A stretch of 64,000 nucleotides of DNA from positions 160,001-224,000 of the forward strand of contig CBDHHL010000048.1 in assembly GCA_965263355.1 (NCBI GenBank). Direction: 5' to 3'. The position numbers were made by a program, and so were the translations under genes. This document shows, piece after piece, positions 30,451-42,116 of this stretch; within the stretch, counting starts at the first letter, position 1; each line of letters opens with the position of its first letter. The DNA is from Leptolyngbyaceae cyanobacterium. GTDB taxonomy: Bacteria > Cyanobacteriota > Cyanobacteriia > Phormidesmidales > Phormidesmidaceae. Under the pieces are notes generated by a model that worked only from the letters and a program-made list of their open reading frames with translations, searched no databases and had not been told where the DNA came from.

Positions 30451-30852
30451 CTACCAGACATAACAGAGGACTTCCCCACCCACACCCTTATGGCGTGCAT
30501 CCCTATCAGTCATAATGCCACTTGAGGTAGAGACAATGGCAACACCAATCCCTCCCAAAACTCGAGGTAGATCCTTACAGCTTGAATAAACTCGTAAGCC
30601 TGGCTTACTGACACGGGTTAGATTACGAATAATGGGCTGCTGCATTTTACCCTTGTACCTCAGGCTCACAGTAATCATACGTGCCACACCTTCAGTTGAT
30701 TCCGAGGTATCGCCAATAAATCCCTCTTCTTGAAGGACCTTGGCAATATTACGGGTAACTTTGGTAGATGGAATTTGGACAGTCCTATGCCGCGCAAGAT
30801 TTGCATTTCGAATGCGCGTCAGCATGTCTGAAATCGTATCGTTAGACGCCAT
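30451..30852 (-). CDS. rpsH: 30S ribosomal protein S8
   Basis: [17 protein letters not shown]. Confidence 0.98.
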   Translation of the reverse strand: MASNDTISDMLTRIRNANLARHRTVQIPSTKVTRNIAKVLQEEGFIGDTSESTEGVARMITVSLRYKGKMQQPIIRNLTRVSKPGLRVYSSCKDLPRVLGGIGVAIVSTSSGIMTDRDARHKGVGGEVLCYVW

Positions 30853-30873
30853 ATTTCTCTCTCATATAAACCA

Positions 30874-31419
30874 TTAGTTATCCCGGAACGGCATTCCCAA
30901 CTCTTTGAGGAGGGCACGTCCTTCTTCATCGGTCTTGGCAGTGGTAACAATCGTGATATCCATGCCTCGCACCTGATCAACGCTGTCGTAACTAACCTCA
31001 GGAAAAATCAACTGCTCACGCAGTCCCAGAGTATAGTTTCCTCGACCATCAAAACTCTTAGGACTTACACCCCGAAAGTCACGAATACGGGGCAGAACCA
31101 AATTAATTAATCGATTTAAGAATGCATACATGCGTTCTGAACGCAGGGTCACCATGACTCCTACTGGCATACCTTGACGAATTTTAAATCCAGCAATTGC
31201 TTTCTTAGCTCGTGTAATTACTGGCCGCTGACCAGTAATTACGCCTACCTCAGTAACTGACGCTTCTAACGCTTTGGCATTCTGTGAGGCTTCTCCTAAA
31301 CCACGATTAACGGTCACCTTTAATACTTTAGGTACCTGATGTACATTTCTATACTCAAATTGCTCCATCAGCTTAGGAACAACTTTCGTATTGTAAAAAT
31401 CTTTGAGCTGTTCAACCAT
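30874..31419 (-). CDS. rplE: 50S ribosomal protein L5
   Basis: [15 protein letters not shown]. Confidence 0.98.
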   Translation of the reverse strand: MVEQLKDFYNTKVVPKLMEQFEYRNVHQVPKVLKVTVNRGLGEASQNAKALEASVTEVGVITGQRPVITRAKKAIAGFKIRQGMPVGVMVTLRSERMYAFLNRLINLVLPRIRDFRGVSPKSFDGRGNYTLGLREQLIFPEVSYDSVDQVRGMDITIVTTAKTDEEGRALLKELGMPFRDN

Positions 31420-31463
31420 TCTCTCGTTCCTTTCCCTGGGCTTGGTCAGGGACAAATAATAAG

Positions 31464-31805
31464 CTAATCAATAATTTCGCCTGTCTTTTTCAAGATGCGA
31501 ACCTTGCGACCATCTTCAGTAAAGGTATGACCAACTCGACTGGCAACCTTTTCTTTTTTGGAATAAATCATCACATTAGAACTGTGAACTGGAAACTCGG
31601 ATGTCACGAGCTGCCCCGATTCACCTTCTTGGCGAGGTTTTACGTGTTTAGTTCGAATATTGACACCTTCAACAATGACCTGACTTTTCTTAGGTAAGAC
31701 TGCGGTCACTTCACCTACTTTGCCTTTATCCTTGCCGGTGATAACCTGCACAGTGTCGCCTTTCTTGATGTGCATCTTATGACGCACAGGTTGCTTGCTA
31801 GCCAC
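31464..31805 (-). CDS. rplX: 50S ribosomal protein L24
   Basis: [16 protein letters not shown]. Confidence 0.98.
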   Translation of the reverse strand: MASKQPVRHKMHIKKGDTVQVITGKDKGKVGEVTAVLPKKSQVIVEGVNIRTKHVKPRQEGESGQLVTSEFPVHSSNVMIYSKKEKVASRVGHTFTEDGRKVRILKKTGEIID

Positions 31806-32170
31806 TACAGTACCTCCGGTGCTAGTGAAACAATTTTAGTAAAGTTGCGATCGCGTAGCTCACGAGCAACCGGCCCAAAAACACGAGTCCCTTTCGGGTT
31901 GTTATCGTTATTAATCAGCACAGCAGCATTATCGTCAAATCGAATACTCATGCCACTGCTACGCCGCAGATTCTTTCTAGTACGAACCACCACTGCCCGA
32001 ACAACATCAGACTTTTTCACACCCATATTCGGTAGTGCGTCTTTAACAACAGCGATAATCACATCGCCCACACTGGCATAGCGACGATTCCCCCCCAGAA
32101 CACGAATGCACATTAACTTACGTGCACCGCTGTTATCTGCCACATTCAGATATGTTTCCTGCTGAATCAT
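31805..32170 (-). CDS. rplN: 50S ribosomal protein L14
   Basis: VADNSGA, FDDNAAV. Confidence 0.98.
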   Translation of the reverse strand: MIQQETYLNVADNSGARKLMCIRVLGGNRRYASVGDVIIAVVKDALPNMGVKKSDVVRAVVVRTRKNLRRSSGMSIRFDDNAAVLINNDNNPKGTRVFGPVARELRDRNFTKIVSLAPEVL

Positions 32171-32182
32171 TAATTGGCTCCC

Positions 32183-32434
32183 CTATACTCTTTCAGAACG
32201 GCCTAAAATATTGGCAACGACCCAGCACTTAGTTCGACTTAGGGGGCGACTTTCGCGGATACGCACAATATCCCCAGCCTTACACTCATTAGAGTCATCA
32301 TGGGCCTTGTACTTCTTAGTACGAACAACAATTTTCTGATACTTAGGATGGGGGACACGATTTTCAACAGCCACTACAACTGTCTTATCCATTTTGTTGC
32401 TAACCACTCGTCCTGTTAGTTCTCTAGCTGCCAT
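32183..32434 (-). CDS. rpsQ: 30S ribosomal protein S17
   Basis: [18 protein letters not shown]. Confidence 0.97.
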   Translation of the reverse strand: MAARELTGRVVSNKMDKTVVVAVENRVPHPKYQKIVVRTKKYKAHDDSNECKAGDIVRIRESRPLSRTKCWVVANILGRSERV

Positions 32435-32450
32435 AGCTGTTTAACTCCTA

Positions 32451-32696
32451 CTACTCGCTACTTACTACCGCATCATCTTCACTGACTACACCAGCACTCA
32501 GTTGACGCTCGCGCTCTATAGTCATTAGCTGAGCTAATTTACGGCGAGCATGCTTAAACTGATGAAAACCCGTCTCCATCTGCCGGGTAGCCTGCTGAAA
32601 ACGCAAATCAAACAACGCACGCTTAACATTAGCGATTTCAGCAGATAATTCATCATCACTAAGTTTTCTTAACTCTTTAGCTTTAGAAAGCGCCAT
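32451..32696 (-). CDS. rpmC: 50S ribosomal protein L29
   Basis: LFDLRFQQAT; operon position. Confidence 0.95.
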   Translation of the reverse strand: MALSKAKELRKLSDDELSAEIANVKRALFDLRFQQATRQMETGFHQFKHARRKLAQLMTIERERQLSAGVVSEDDAVVSSE

Positions 32697-32699
32697 GAC

Positions 32700-33119
32700 T
32701 TAACCCTCCAATCCTTCACGGGCAATGAACTTAGTTTTGAATGGCAACTTGAAGGAGGCTAAACGCATGGCTTCACGAGCAATTTCCTCAGGCACACCGG
32801 TAATTTCAAAAATGATTCGACCGGGCTTTATCACAGCGACCCAAAACTCTGGATTACCCTTACCAGAACCCATACGGGTCTCTGCCGGACGCATAGTCAC
32901 AGGCTTATCTGGAAAAACACGAATCCAAATCTTTCCGCCACGCTTTACATAACGGGTCATCGCACGACGAGCAGCCTCAATTTGACGCGACGTCATCCAA
33001 GAGCACTCAGTCGCCTGGAGAGCATATTCACCAAAATTGATTTTGCTACCACGATGGGCCATACCGCGCATACGACCGCGATGCTGCTTACGAAATTTTG
33101 TTCTTCTAGGACTCAGCAT
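32700..33119 (-). CDS. rplP: 50S ribosomal protein L16
   Basis: [15 protein letters not shown]. Confidence 0.98.
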   Translation of the reverse strand: MLSPRRTKFRKQHRGRMRGMAHRGSKINFGEYALQATECSWMTSRQIEAARRAMTRYVKRGGKIWIRVFPDKPVTMRPAETRMGSGKGNPEFWVAVIKPGRIIFEITGVPEEIAREAMRLASFKLPFKTKFIAREGLEG

Positions 33120-33154
33120 GATGCTTAAACGGCTAAACAGCTAAAGAGAGAAAA

Positions 33155-33886
33155 TTAGGAATCGTTCGACCGATCCTCAAACTGCTGACGACGACGTGGC
33201 TGACGACGTCGCGGCTGATTGTTAGCGGGTTGAGGAACCTCCTCTTGCCCAGGAATAATTTCACCCTTAAAGACCCAGATCTTAATCCCCAAAATTCCAT
33301 AGGTAGTCTGGGCGGTTTTATAGGCATAGTCAATATTGGCACGCAGCGTATGCAAAGGTACACGCCCCTCACGAGTCCACTCAGTACGAGCAATCTCAGC
33401 TCCATTTAAACGACCACTTACCTGAATCTTAATCCCCTCAACCCCAGCTCGTTGAGCTCGCTGAATTGTCTGCCGCACAACTCGACGAAACGACACACGT
33501 CTCTCCAACTGCTGCACAATATACTCAGCAATTAGAGCCGCTTCAGCATCAACACGGGCTACCTCAATAACATTGATACGAATCTGGCGAGTGTTATCCT
33601 TTAACTGCTTCTGCAAGCCAGCCCGTAAAGATTCAATGCCTGTACCACCACGCCCAACCACAACACCTGGACGCGCCGTGTGTAACTCTAAATCAATTTG
33701 ATCAGCTTTACGAGCAATTTTGATGTCAGAAATACCAGCATTATTGAGATTCTTCTCAATATACTGACGAATAACATGATCTTCTTGCAGCTGACCAGGA
33801 TACTGCCTTGAATCAGCATACCAACAGGAAGCATGTTCCTTAGTAATGCCAAGTCGAAAGCCAATTGGGTTAATTTTCTGTCCCAC
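33155..33886 (-). CDS. rpsC: 30S ribosomal protein S3
   Basis: [22 protein letters not shown]. Confidence 0.98.
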   Translation of the reverse strand: MGQKINPIGFRLGITKEHASCWYADSRQYPGQLQEDHVIRQYIEKNLNNAGISDIKIARKADQIDLELHTARPGVVVGRGGTGIESLRAGLQKQLKDNTRQIRINVIEVARVDAEAALIAEYIVQQLERRVSFRRVVRQTIQRAQRAGVEGIKIQVSGRLNGAEIARTEWTREGRVPLHTLRANIDYAYKTAQTTYGILGIKIWVFKGEIIPGQEEVPQPANNQPRRRQPRRRQQFEDRSNDS

Positions 33887-33927
33887 AAATCTTTCCCTTA
33901 TAAAGAGCTAACAGCAAAAAACTAGGT

Positions 33928-34290
33928 CTAGCTCGAAGAGCCAGGAGCAACCGCAATGGTGATATGACAAGTCGGCTTTCGAATTTGGTAAGCACGACCT
34001 TGAGCCCGAGGACGATACCGCTTCAAAACAGGTCCCTGATCGGCAAATGCCTCACTGACATAAAGATCAACAGGATCCATCCCATTGTTATGCTCAGCAT
34101 TGGCTACAGCAGAACGAAGCACTTTCAAAATAGGCTCACAGGCCCTGTAGGGCATAAACTCAAGAATAATAAGCGCCTCTCTGTAGGAAAGACCTCTAAT
34201 TTGATCAAGCACTCGCCGGACCTTATGGGGAGACATACGTATATAGCGAGCAACAGACTTGACTTGATTACTACTATCGATTTCAACCAT
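33928..34290 (-). CDS. rplV: 50S ribosomal protein L22
   Basis: [17 protein letters not shown]. Confidence 0.98.
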   Translation of the reverse strand: MVEIDSSNQVKSVARYIRMSPHKVRRVLDQIRGLSYREALIILEFMPYRACEPILKVLRSAVANAEHNNGMDPVDLYVSEAFADQGPVLKRYRPRAQGRAYQIRKPTCHITIAVAPGSSS

Positions 34291-34301
34291 GGCTAATCTC
34301 C

Positions 34302-34580
34302 CTAGCGTCGCGCTTTCTTATCACTCTTGACATGCCCACGAAACGTTCGTGTGGGAGCAAATTCGCCTAATTTATGCCCCACCATCTGCTCATTAACATA
34401 CACGGGCACATGTTGGCGACCATTATGAACAGCGATGGTGTGGCCAATCATCTGAGGAATGATGGTGGAGGCACGAGACCAAGTTTTAATAACCTGCTTA
34501 TCTCCTTTTACGTTGAGCCTTTCAATCTTTTTGAGCAAATGATCTGCCACAAAAGGACCTTTCTTGAGAGAGCGAGCCAT
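34302..34580 (-). CDS. rpsS: 30S ribosomal protein S19
   Basis: [16 protein letters not shown]. Confidence 0.98.
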   Translation of the reverse strand: MARSLKKGPFVADHLLKKIERLNVKGDKQVIKTWSRASTIIPQMIGHTIAVHNGRQHVPVYVNEQMVGHKLGEFAPTRTFRGHVKSDKKARR

Positions 34581-34661
34581 AGTTTCGCCAGCCTAAAAAA
34601 CAATCGGTTAATAACAAAAGAACTGATAACTTGACACATCCAAACCGCTGGATAATGACAC

Positions 34662-35525
34662 CTATGAGTCACGACCACCACGACCACGCTTGGAAGAGCG
34701 ACGACGACGACGGACGATCAGCGACGTACTTGCCTTCTTCTTATCCCGAGTCTTATAGCCAAGCGCTGGCTTACCCCAAGGAGTCACAGGACCACTGCGA
34801 CCAATAGGCGCACGGCCTTCACCACCACCATGAGGGTGATCTACTGGGTTCATAACACTACCACGCACCTCTGGACGCCGACCCAACCAACGCTTTCGTC
34901 CAGCTTTACCGAGGGTGACGTTGCGAGCTTCCACATTGCCAACCTGACCAATTGTTGCATAACACTCACGACGTACCATACGAACCTCACTTGAGGGCAG
35001 CTTGAGCGTTACATATCCCCCTTCTTTCGCCATTACTTGGGCAGAACCACCCGCTGCACGAACAATTTGACCACCACGTCCAGGATAGAGTTCTACATTA
35101 TGTACAGACGTACCAAGGGGCATCTTGTGCAGCGGCAACGCATTTCCTACTTCAAGGGGAGCATCAAGCCCAGCAATAATAGTAGAACCCACTACCAATC
35201 CAGATGGATGCAGGATATAGCGCCTCTCACCGTCCTCATACTGAACCAGCGAGATTCGAGCATTTCTATTGGGATCGTATTCAACCGAAAGGACTTCAGC
35301 GGTAATATCCCGCTTGTCTCGCTTAAAGTCAATCACACGATATAGGCGCTTGTGACCGCCACCACGATGACGACAAGTAATGACACCCCGATTATTTCTT
35401 CCCTTAGCACGATGAATAGAGCGCGTTAGCTTCTTTTCCGGCTTAGTCCGAGTGATCTCTGAAAAGTCAGAGACACTGCGCTCACGAGTACCTGGAGTTA
35501 GAGGCCGATAAGTACGAATTCCCAT
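34662..35525 (-). CDS. rplB: 50S ribosomal protein L2
   Basis: [13 protein letters not shown]. Confidence 0.98.
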   Translation of the reverse strand: MGIRTYRPLTPGTRERSVSDFSEITRTKPEKKLTRSIHRAKGRNNRGVITCRHRGGGHKRLYRVIDFKRDKRDITAEVLSVEYDPNRNARISLVQYEDGERRYILHPSGLVVGSTIIAGLDAPLEVGNALPLHKMPLGTSVHNVELYPGRGGQIVRAAGGSAQVMAKEGGYVTLKLPSSEVRMVRRECYATIGQVGNVEARNVTLGKAGRKRWLGRRPEVRGSVMNPVDHPHGGGEGRAPIGRSGPVTPWGKPALGYKTRDKKKASTSLIVRRRRRSSKRGRGGRDS

Positions 35526-35562
35526 GATTTATATGCAAACTAATTAAGTGCTAAAGCCGATA

Positions 35563-35868
35563 CTAAACATCTGGGAAGAGGGGAATAGTATCACCCTCGG
35601 CAAGTGTGACAATAGCTCGTTTGTAAGTAGGTTTGTAACCAATGAAACGACCTAGTCGCTTTTTTTTACGGGGCGGATTCATGGTACTAATACCAATCAC
35701 CTTTACATCAAACAACACCTCAACTGCCGCTTTAATTTCAGTCTTGGTTGCTTTGGGAGCAACCTCAAAGGTGTACTGATTATTTTCCAGATTTAAGGTT
35801 GCTTTTTCAGTAATCAGAGGCTTTCGAATAATATCTGGAAGGTTTCGGGAGTCAATCGCTTTAGGCAC
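35563..35868 (-). CDS. rplW: 50S ribosomal protein L23
   Basis: PLITEKA, KRAIVTL. Confidence 0.97.
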   Translation of the reverse strand: MPKAIDSRNLPDIIRKPLITEKATLNLENNQYTFEVAPKATKTEIKAAVEVLFDVKVIGISTMNPPRKKKRLGRFIGYKPTYKRAIVTLAEGDTIPLFPDV

Positions 35869-36493
35869 CGTACACCTCCTGAACTTTATCTAGCGCAGTC
35901 GCAGTCACTACCAACCGATCAGCCAAAACAATATCGTAAGCATTTAGGTTGGTGACTAAAATAAGCTTGATATTAGCTACATTTCGAACAGAACGGTAAA
36001 CAGTCTCATTTTTCTCAGCCGTAACCATCAGCACTTTTTGATCAGACTCAATTCCCCAACGCTCCATAGCAGAGAGAACCTCTTTTGTCTTAGGCATTGA
36101 AAGCTGGTCAGCAAATTCCTGAACAACAACCATGTCATCTACTCGACTCTGAAATGCCGTACGCAGAGCTAAACGACGCTCCTTACGGTTCATCTTGATC
36201 TCAAAATCACGGGGTTTAGGACCAAAAATAACACCACCACCACGCCACAGCGGAGAACGATTGGAACCAGCACGAGCACGACCAGTTCCCTTTTGACGCC
36301 AAGGCTTACGACCTCCGCCACGCACCTCAGAACGGGTCTTGGAAGACAACGTCCCCTGACGAGAGTTATGCATCTGGCGCAAAATCGCACGATGCACAAT
36401 ATGGGCAGCATTTTCCTCACTAGCCACCTTTAAATCAAGGATTGCAGTACCAATATCAGAGCCCTGCCAATTTTTTACTATGCAATCAACCAT
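35861..36493 (-). CDS. rplD: 50S ribosomal protein L4
   Basis: [14 protein letters not shown]. Confidence 0.98.
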   Translation of the reverse strand: MVDCIVKNWQGSDIGTAILDLKVASEENAAHIVHRAILRQMHNSRQGTLSSKTRSEVRGGGRKPWRQKGTGRARAGSNRSPLWRGGGVIFGPKPRDFEIKMNRKERRLALRTAFQSRVDDMVVVQEFADQLSMPKTKEVLSAMERWGIESDQKVLMVTAEKNETVYRSVRNVANIKLILVTNLNAYDIVLADRLVVTATALDKVQEVYGA

Positions 36494-36510
36494 GATGAGC
36501 TTTTAGCCCC

Positions 36511-37149
36511 CTATTTTTTGCCAACAATATTTGCAGGGGCAATGTTCAACAATGCGCCTGGTTTACCAGGAACAGCACCCTTTACTAATAAAACATTACG
36601 CTCACCATCAACTTTGACCACGGACAGTTTACGCACAGTGACTTGAACGTTACCTAACTGACCAGCCATTTTTTTACCAGGGTAGACCCGACCAGGGGTT
36701 GTACCAGGACCAATCGAACCTGGTAAACGATGGTTTTTGGAACCATGGGTCATGGGACCACGCCTAAAGTTATGACGCTTTTGGTTACCCGCAAATCCTT
36801 TACCAATACTTTTACCGGAAACATCTACCAACTGCCCAACTTCAAATATATCGGCAGCCAGAGTCTGTCCCAGTTCATAAGCTGAGCTGTCATCAACGCG
36901 ATACTCACGCAAATGACGTAGGTTAGGCGCTCCTGACTTTTTGAGATGACCTAACTCAGGCTTACTCAACGCCTTTTCCGCCACTTCCTGATAGCCAACC
37001 TGCACAGCGCAGTAGCCATCGGTCTGTTGCGTTTTAACCTGAGTAACAACGCAGGGACCAGCTTGAATGACAGTTACAGGCACAGCATTACCAGTGTCAT
37101 CAAACACCTGAGTCATTCCCAGCTTCGTCCCGAGAATACCGACAGACAC
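36511..37149 (-). CDS. rplC: 50S ribosomal protein L3 (GTG start)
   Basis: [30 protein letters not shown]. Confidence 0.98.
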   Translation of the reverse strand: MSVGILGTKLGMTQVFDDTGNAVPVTVIQAGPCVVTQVKTQQTDGYCAVQVGYQEVAEKALSKPELGHLKKSGAPNLRHLREYRVDDSSAYELGQTLAADIFEVGQLVDVSGKSIGKGFAGNQKRHNFRRGPMTHGSKNHRLPGSIGPGTTPGRVYPGKKMAGQLGNVQVTVRKLSVVKVDGERNVLLVKGAVPGKPGALLNIAPANIVGKK

Positions 37150-37630
37150 AATCAATCTCCCTAAACACTCGCGCCAGCCTACAACGATTTGCAGCCAGCA
37201 TTTTAGGCCCCTTGCTTTTTCACAGCGGGAGCAATTGCCTAGAAAAGTAAACAAACACCTCAAGGCATTCAAACCTCTCTAGAAATCCAACCGTATTTGA
37301 TTGAATACTTTGATCACTGACTAAGACACATAAAAACTCATCAGCGCGACAAGTACATTGAAACAGTGCCCTGTGAGCCTTAAAACGGCTGCCCTAGACT
37401 TAAGCAGATATACCACTTAGTATCTAACTTGGCAGCGACTTCTAATAGTACAGAAAAATGACGTACATGTCCATCATTTTTTGAGATTATTTTGAAATAT
37501 TTTAGTAGTGGTGCCTAAGCTTTCTTTGAACAGACTAGTCGTGGTTTTGTTTTGTGAAAGCTACGGTCAATCGCTTTAGTATGTAAGTGGTAAGTAGTAA
37601 ATAAACCTCACAGGCACTGTTTGCAAAGCT

Positions 37631-38104
37631 ATGGGATTACTTGTATTAGGCAATAAATTCGTACGAGATTTGGAAAGCAATGGTGCACTAGCCGTACGGG
37701 TACCGCTGGAAGGTGGTTTTGAAGGGCGCTATCAGCGACGGATGCGAGCAGCCGGTTATGAAAGTTTGCATATGACAGCCCGTGGTCTGGGAGATTTATC
37801 GGCTTATTTGGAAGATGTCCATGGTATCCGGCCACCTCACTTAGGCAAGAAAAGCATGGGTCAAGCGGCTGTCGGCGATCGCTATTTTGTCCCGTCGGTG
37901 CTGGGATATCGGCTAGAGCATATGGCTAAAGGTACGAAAGGCATTATGCTCTGGTTGATTGAAGGCCACATTTTATCAAGTCAAGAATTGGCATTTTTAG
38001 CTGCCCTGTGTTCATTAGACTCTCGTATCAAGGTAGTTGTTGAACTAGGGGGTGACCGCTCATTTAAATGGTTTCCACTCAGAGACGCTGTTCAGTCCGC
38101 ATAG
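37631..38104 (+). CDS. ndhN: NDH-1 subunit N
   Basis: PLEGGFEGRYQRR, HGIRPPHLGK. Confidence 0.95.
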   Translation: MGLLVLGNKFVRDLESNGALAVRVPLEGGFEGRYQRRMRAAGYESLHMTARGLGDLSAYLEDVHGIRPPHLGKKSMGQAAVGDRYFVPSVLGYRLEHMAKGTKGIMLWLIEGHILSSQELAFLAALCSLDSRIKVVVELGGDRSFKWFPLRDAVQSA

Positions 38105-38191
38105 ATAGCCTTTTCGAACTAGGCCTAGCAAAATAAGAACATTTGTTCTAAGTTAATTGTAGAGTAATTTGCTAAGCGATAGCATAAATGG

Positions 38192-39343
38192 GTGACTATT
38201 CCCCTAAATCCGCTAGAGGCCCTAGAGCATGGCCAATGGTTCAAGCTTATTTGTGGTGCTAGCTACCAAGATGTCTCAAAAGTTCGTAATTTGTCCCTGG
38301 TGTATAGCCTAGCAGGGGCAGATTGTATTGATGTAGCAGCTGATCTAGCTGTGGTCCAAGCGGCTGTAAAGGGCATTACTGCATCACAATCCATCGCACC
38401 CGCTATCGGCATCAATCGTCCATGGTTGATGACCAGTTTCAACGATGGACAAGATCCTCATTTCCGGAAAGCTTGGTTTGACATACAGAAATGTCCCATC
38501 GATTGTACTCGTCCCTGCGAACGGGTATGTCCAGCCGATGCCATCTTGGCATTACCAGCAGCAGTAATAAGTAGTAAACGGGCAGGAGGTTTGGGAGTCA
38601 TTGCTGAACGCTGTTATGGTTGTGGCCGCTGTTTGCCCGTATGTCCCTATGATTTGTTGGAAGAGAAAGCGTTCACTGTCGCTGCCAGGGAAGTTATACC
38701 AACCCTCTTGCCATATATTGATGCCATTGAAATCCACACTCAAATGGGTCGAGAGGATAAGTTCAAAAACCTTTGGCAACAACTGTCTCCTTATATTTCC
38801 CAGCTCAAACTGGTGGCCATTAGCTGTGCCGATAGTGAGCCTAAAAGTAACGCCATTATTAACTATCTAGCTCAGCTATATGAGCGAATGGACCCAAAAC
38901 CAAATCATCTGCTATGGCAAACAGACGGTCGTCCGATGAGTGGGGATATTGGTAAGGGGACTACACTTGCAACAATTCGGCTGGCAGAAAAAGTCTTAAA
39001 CGCCCGTTTACCTGGTTATGTTCAACTGGCAGGCGGAACAAATGACTATACGGTGGCTAAGTTGCGAGCACTAAATCTGCTCAAGTCTTTCGATAGCACC
39101 GCTAGGGACAAACACTCCAAGGACCATGGCATTCATGGCATTGCCTACGGCAGCTATGCGCGACGCTTGATCAATCCAGGGGATACTCATCTCGAAAACC
39201 GGCCTATACAGTTGTGGCAACAAGTTCATTTAGCCCGTGAATTAGTTAGCCAGATTAAGACAGACTACTTACCTGATATTTCACAATTCTTAAACCAGCC
39301 TAGTTGCTCATCCCGAGCCATAGAAGCGATTATACCTCCATAG
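38192..39343 (+). CDS. ldpA: Circadian input Fe-S protein LdpA
   Basis: WFKLICGAS, DPHFRKA, two CxxCxxC..CP clusters, DGRPMSGDIG. Confidence 0.92.
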   Translation: MTIPLNPLEALEHGQWFKLICGASYQDVSKVRNLSLVYSLAGADCIDVAADLAVVQAAVKGITASQSIAPAIGINRPWLMTSFNDGQDPHFRKAWFDIQKCPIDCTRPCERVCPADAILALPAAVISSKRAGGLGVIAERCYGCGRCLPVCPYDLLEEKAFTVAAREVIPTLLPYIDAIEIHTQMGREDKFKNLWQQLSPYISQLKLVAISCADSEPKSNAIINYLAQLYERMDPKPNHLLWQTDGRPMSGDIGKGTTLATIRLAEKVLNARLPGYVQLAGGTNDYTVAKLRALNLLKSFDSTARDKHSKDHGIHGIAYGSYARRLINPGDTHLENRPIQLWQQVHLARELVSQIKTDYLPDISQFLNQPSCSSRAIEAIIPP

Positions 39344-39440
39344 ACGTCCAAGACAATCATCATCCCGATGTCACTATGACTGCGGCTGGCTGCCAAAAAC
39401 CGCACTTTGCACCTATCAATAAATTTTCTGTCTCATTTCT

Positions 39441-41228
39441 ATGGCTCGTTCAGACGAATACAAATCTACGCCTGAATCGACTGTTGCACGACCTAGCAGC
39501 AACTCTCCCATTTATGACGATTTAGAGCAGCTGCTCAGCATCCTACCTGCTGAGCTACGTCACCCCCTCAGCAACCACCCCAAACGCCCCCAGTTGATTG
39601 AGGTCATCCTTGACTTGGGTAGACGGCCTGAAGCTAGGTTTCCGGGACAGGCGGAGTTTCTTGCCGAGCAAATTATATCTAAACGGGATTTGGAGTACTG
39701 CATTGAGCGAGTTGGTACGTTTGGTGGTGACAATCGTGCTGGCATTGAAAAAACCCTACACCGCATTAGCGCCATGCGTAATCGAGCTGGCACAATCATT
39801 GGCCTAACTTGCCGGGTGGGGCGAGCTATATTTGGCACCGTAGAAATGATTCGCGACCTAGTGGAAGCAGGTCAATCAATTTTATTGCTGGGTCGGCCAG
39901 GGGTGGGAAAAACAACCGCCCTACGAGAAATAGCTCGTGTACTGGCCGATGACCTGAGTAAACGGGTGGTGATTATCGATACCTCCAACGAAATTGCTGG
40001 CGATGGAGATATTCCTCACCCTGCTATCGGTCGGGCCCGTCGTATGCAAGTTGCTTGTCCAGAACAGCAGCATCAGGTGATGATCGAGGCAGTGGAAAAC
40101 CACACCCCTGAAGTCATCATCATTGATGAAATCGGTACTGAATTAGAGGCCCTGGCAGCTAGAACCATTGCTGAAAGAGGAGTACAACTAGTAGGCACAG
40201 CCCATGGTAATCAGTTAGAAAATCTGATTAAAAACCCCACACTAGCGGACCTAATTGGTGGCATTCAAACAGTTACCTTAGGAGATGATGAAGCCCGTCG
40301 CCGTGGTAGTCAAAAAAGTGTATTGGAACGCAAGGCACCACCAACCTTCGATGTAGCCATCGAGATGCTAGAGCGACAAAGATGGGTCGTACATGAGGAT
40401 GTAGCCACTACAGTTGATAATCTACTACGTGGGCGAGTGCCCGAAACCCAAGTTCGGACGGTGGGAGATAGTGGCCAAGTCATGATTACCCACGAATTAC
40501 CGGATGTTGTCAGTCAACGACGTAGCACCCGGCGAACACAGCGTGGGTGGCGTGAGGCTGGCCAAATGGAACCTGTTGTTGCCCACCAGTCTCGTAGCTT
40601 TACACCAACACCACCAACACCATTACCTATACCTACTGCTACTGATGATTTTCAAACTCTGCTAGAGCATCAACTAGATGCAGCCAGTTTAGAATTGTCC
40701 ACACCTGTGGGACCCAATGGAGAAGAAATGGTGCCAGTTTATCCTTATGGCATTAGTCGTGAGCAACTGCACCATGTAATTGACACCCTTAAGTTACCGG
40801 TATCCATCACAAAGGAACTGGGGGTAGCTCAAGCGGTTTTGGCGTTACGATCCCATGTGCGCAATCACTCTAAACTTAAAACCTTGGCAAAATCCCGCCA
40901 ACTTCCTATTTACACAGTCAAATCGAATACCATTCCACAAATCACCAGAGCCCTGCAGCGATTGCTAGATATTGATCCCAGAGACCAATCCGAGGCCATT
41001 GATTTATCACTTTTCACTCATCAAGGCGACGATGACGAACTCGAAGCCCTGGAAGAAGCAAGGCTAGCCGTAGAGCAAATTGTGATTCCCAAAGGACAGC
41101 CTGTCGAATTATTGCCACGCTCTGCCAAAATCCGAAAAATGCAACATGAACTCGCCGAACATTATCGACTCAAGTCCTTGAGTTTTGGTGATGAGCCTAA
41201 TCGTCGATTACGTATTTTTCCGGCCTAG
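39441..41228 (+). CDS. Ycf45/SpoIIIAA-like AAA ATPase with C-terminal R3H domain
   Basis: GRPGVGKTT, IIIDEIG, IRKMQHELAEHY. Confidence 0.9.
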   Translation: MARSDEYKSTPESTVARPSSNSPIYDDLEQLLSILPAELRHPLSNHPKRPQLIEVILDLGRRPEARFPGQAEFLAEQIISKRDLEYCIERVGTFGGDNRAGIEKTLHRISAMRNRAGTIIGLTCRVGRAIFGTVEMIRDLVEAGQSILLLGRPGVGKTTALREIARVLADDLSKRVVIIDTSNEIAGDGDIPHPAIGRARRMQVACPEQQHQVMIEAVENHTPEVIIIDEIGTELEALAARTIAERGVQLVGTAHGNQLENLIKNPTLADLIGGIQTVTLGDDEARRRGSQKSVLERKAPPTFDVAIEMLERQRWVVHEDVATTVDNLLRGRVPETQVRTVGDSGQVMITHELPDVVSQRRSTRRTQRGWREAGQMEPVVAHQSRSFTPTPPTPLPIPTATDDFQTLLEHQLDAASLELSTPVGPNGEEMVPVYPYGISREQLHHVIDTLKLPVSITKELGVAQAVLALRSHVRNHSKLKTLAKSRQLPIYTVKSNTIPQITRALQRLLDIDPRDQSEAIDLSLFTHQGDDDELEALEEARLAVEQIVIPKGQPVELLPRSAKIRKMQHELAEHYRLKSLSFGDEPNRRLRIFPA

Positions 41229-41300
41229 TATAAGATAATCACCACAGGTCCATTGCTCAGGCACACCACATTAGAGCCATCTGTAATTTGGAATAAGTTT

Positions 41301-41711
41301 ATGAAACGTATTTTGTCTCGTTTGCTCGCCTTCACCCTAGTGGCAGTCCTAGGACTCACTGGCTGCGGTGGTGATGGCATGGGAGCCGATGGCCTCAGCG
41401 GCAATTACCGCCAAGACACTATGGCAGTCGTAGAAACGCTAAGGGCTGCCATCGAACTACCCGCAGATGCCTCCAATCTAAACGAAGTCCGGGCTCAAGC
41501 TAGGCAACAGATTAATGCTTTCTCAGCCCGCTATCGTCGAACAGCAGCAGCAGCCAACCTAAGTTCCTTTGCAACTATGCAAACAGCGCTAAATGCATTG
41601 GCGGGGCACTACAGCTCCTATCCAAATCGCCCCATTCCCGAAAAGCTTAGAAAGCGACTTGAGCAAGAATTTAAGCAAGTTGAAGCTGCCCTGCGCAGAG
41701 AAGCTGCATAA
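41301..41711 (+). CDS. psb27: Photosystem II assembly lipoprotein Psb27
   Basis: Lipobox LTGC; SFATMQTALNALAGHY. Confidence 0.95.
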   Translation: MKRILSRLLAFTLVAVLGLTGCGGDGMGADGLSGNYRQDTMAVVETLRAAIELPADASNLNEVRAQARQQINAFSARYRRTAAAANLSSFATMQTALNALAGHYSSYPNRPIPEKLRKRLEQEFKQVEAALRREAA

Positions 41712-41750
41712 AGGTTAAACCGGCATCATTTCATTAATAAGTCACTGACA

Positions 41751-41791
41751 ACAAGTCTCGCTATGTTTGACAGCGGGACTTGCTGCTTTTT
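41751..41791 (+). terminator. Probable terminator after psb27
   Basis: caagtctcgct...agcgggacttg stem followed by a T-rich tract. Confidence 0.55.
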
Positions 41792-41801
41792 AAGGCTTAG
41801 C

Positions 41802-41858
41802 CACATCTAAAGCAGTCGATTTTCCGTGGAAGAATCTACAGGTTTTAACTTGGACGTG
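41802..41858. repeat. Small dispersed element (copy 2 of 16785-16841)
   Basis: 45/57 identical to copy 1 by manual ungapped alignment. Confidence 0.75.
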
Positions 41859-41935
41859 ATTTACAGAGGAAACCTGCCATAAACAAAGTAACAAGCTGAA
41901 CAAATTTGCATTAACTTATTTGAAACAAAACTTAA

Positions 41936-41965
41936 TTGACCAGCCATTAAGTTATTTGCTATAAT
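41936..41965 (+). promoter_or_regulatory. Sigma70-type promoter for the rpmJ-rpsM operon
   Basis: TTGACC-18 bp-TATAAT with extended -10 TG. Confidence 0.7.
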
Positions 41966-42002
41966 GACACTTCTGTAGGCAATTTTTTATTACATTTTCA
42001 AC

Positions 42003-42116
42003 ATGAAAGTACGGGCATCCGTTAAGAAGATGTGTGACAAGTGCCGGGTGATCCGTCGGCGCGGTCGAGTTATGGTTATTTGTTCTAATCCTAAGCATAA
42101 GCAACGCCAGGGTTAG
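42003..42116 (+). CDS. rpmJ: 50S ribosomal protein L36 (not in ORF track)
   Basis: [37 protein letters not shown]. Confidence 0.98.
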   Translation: MKVRASVKKMCDKCRVIRRRGRVMVICSNPKHKQRQG

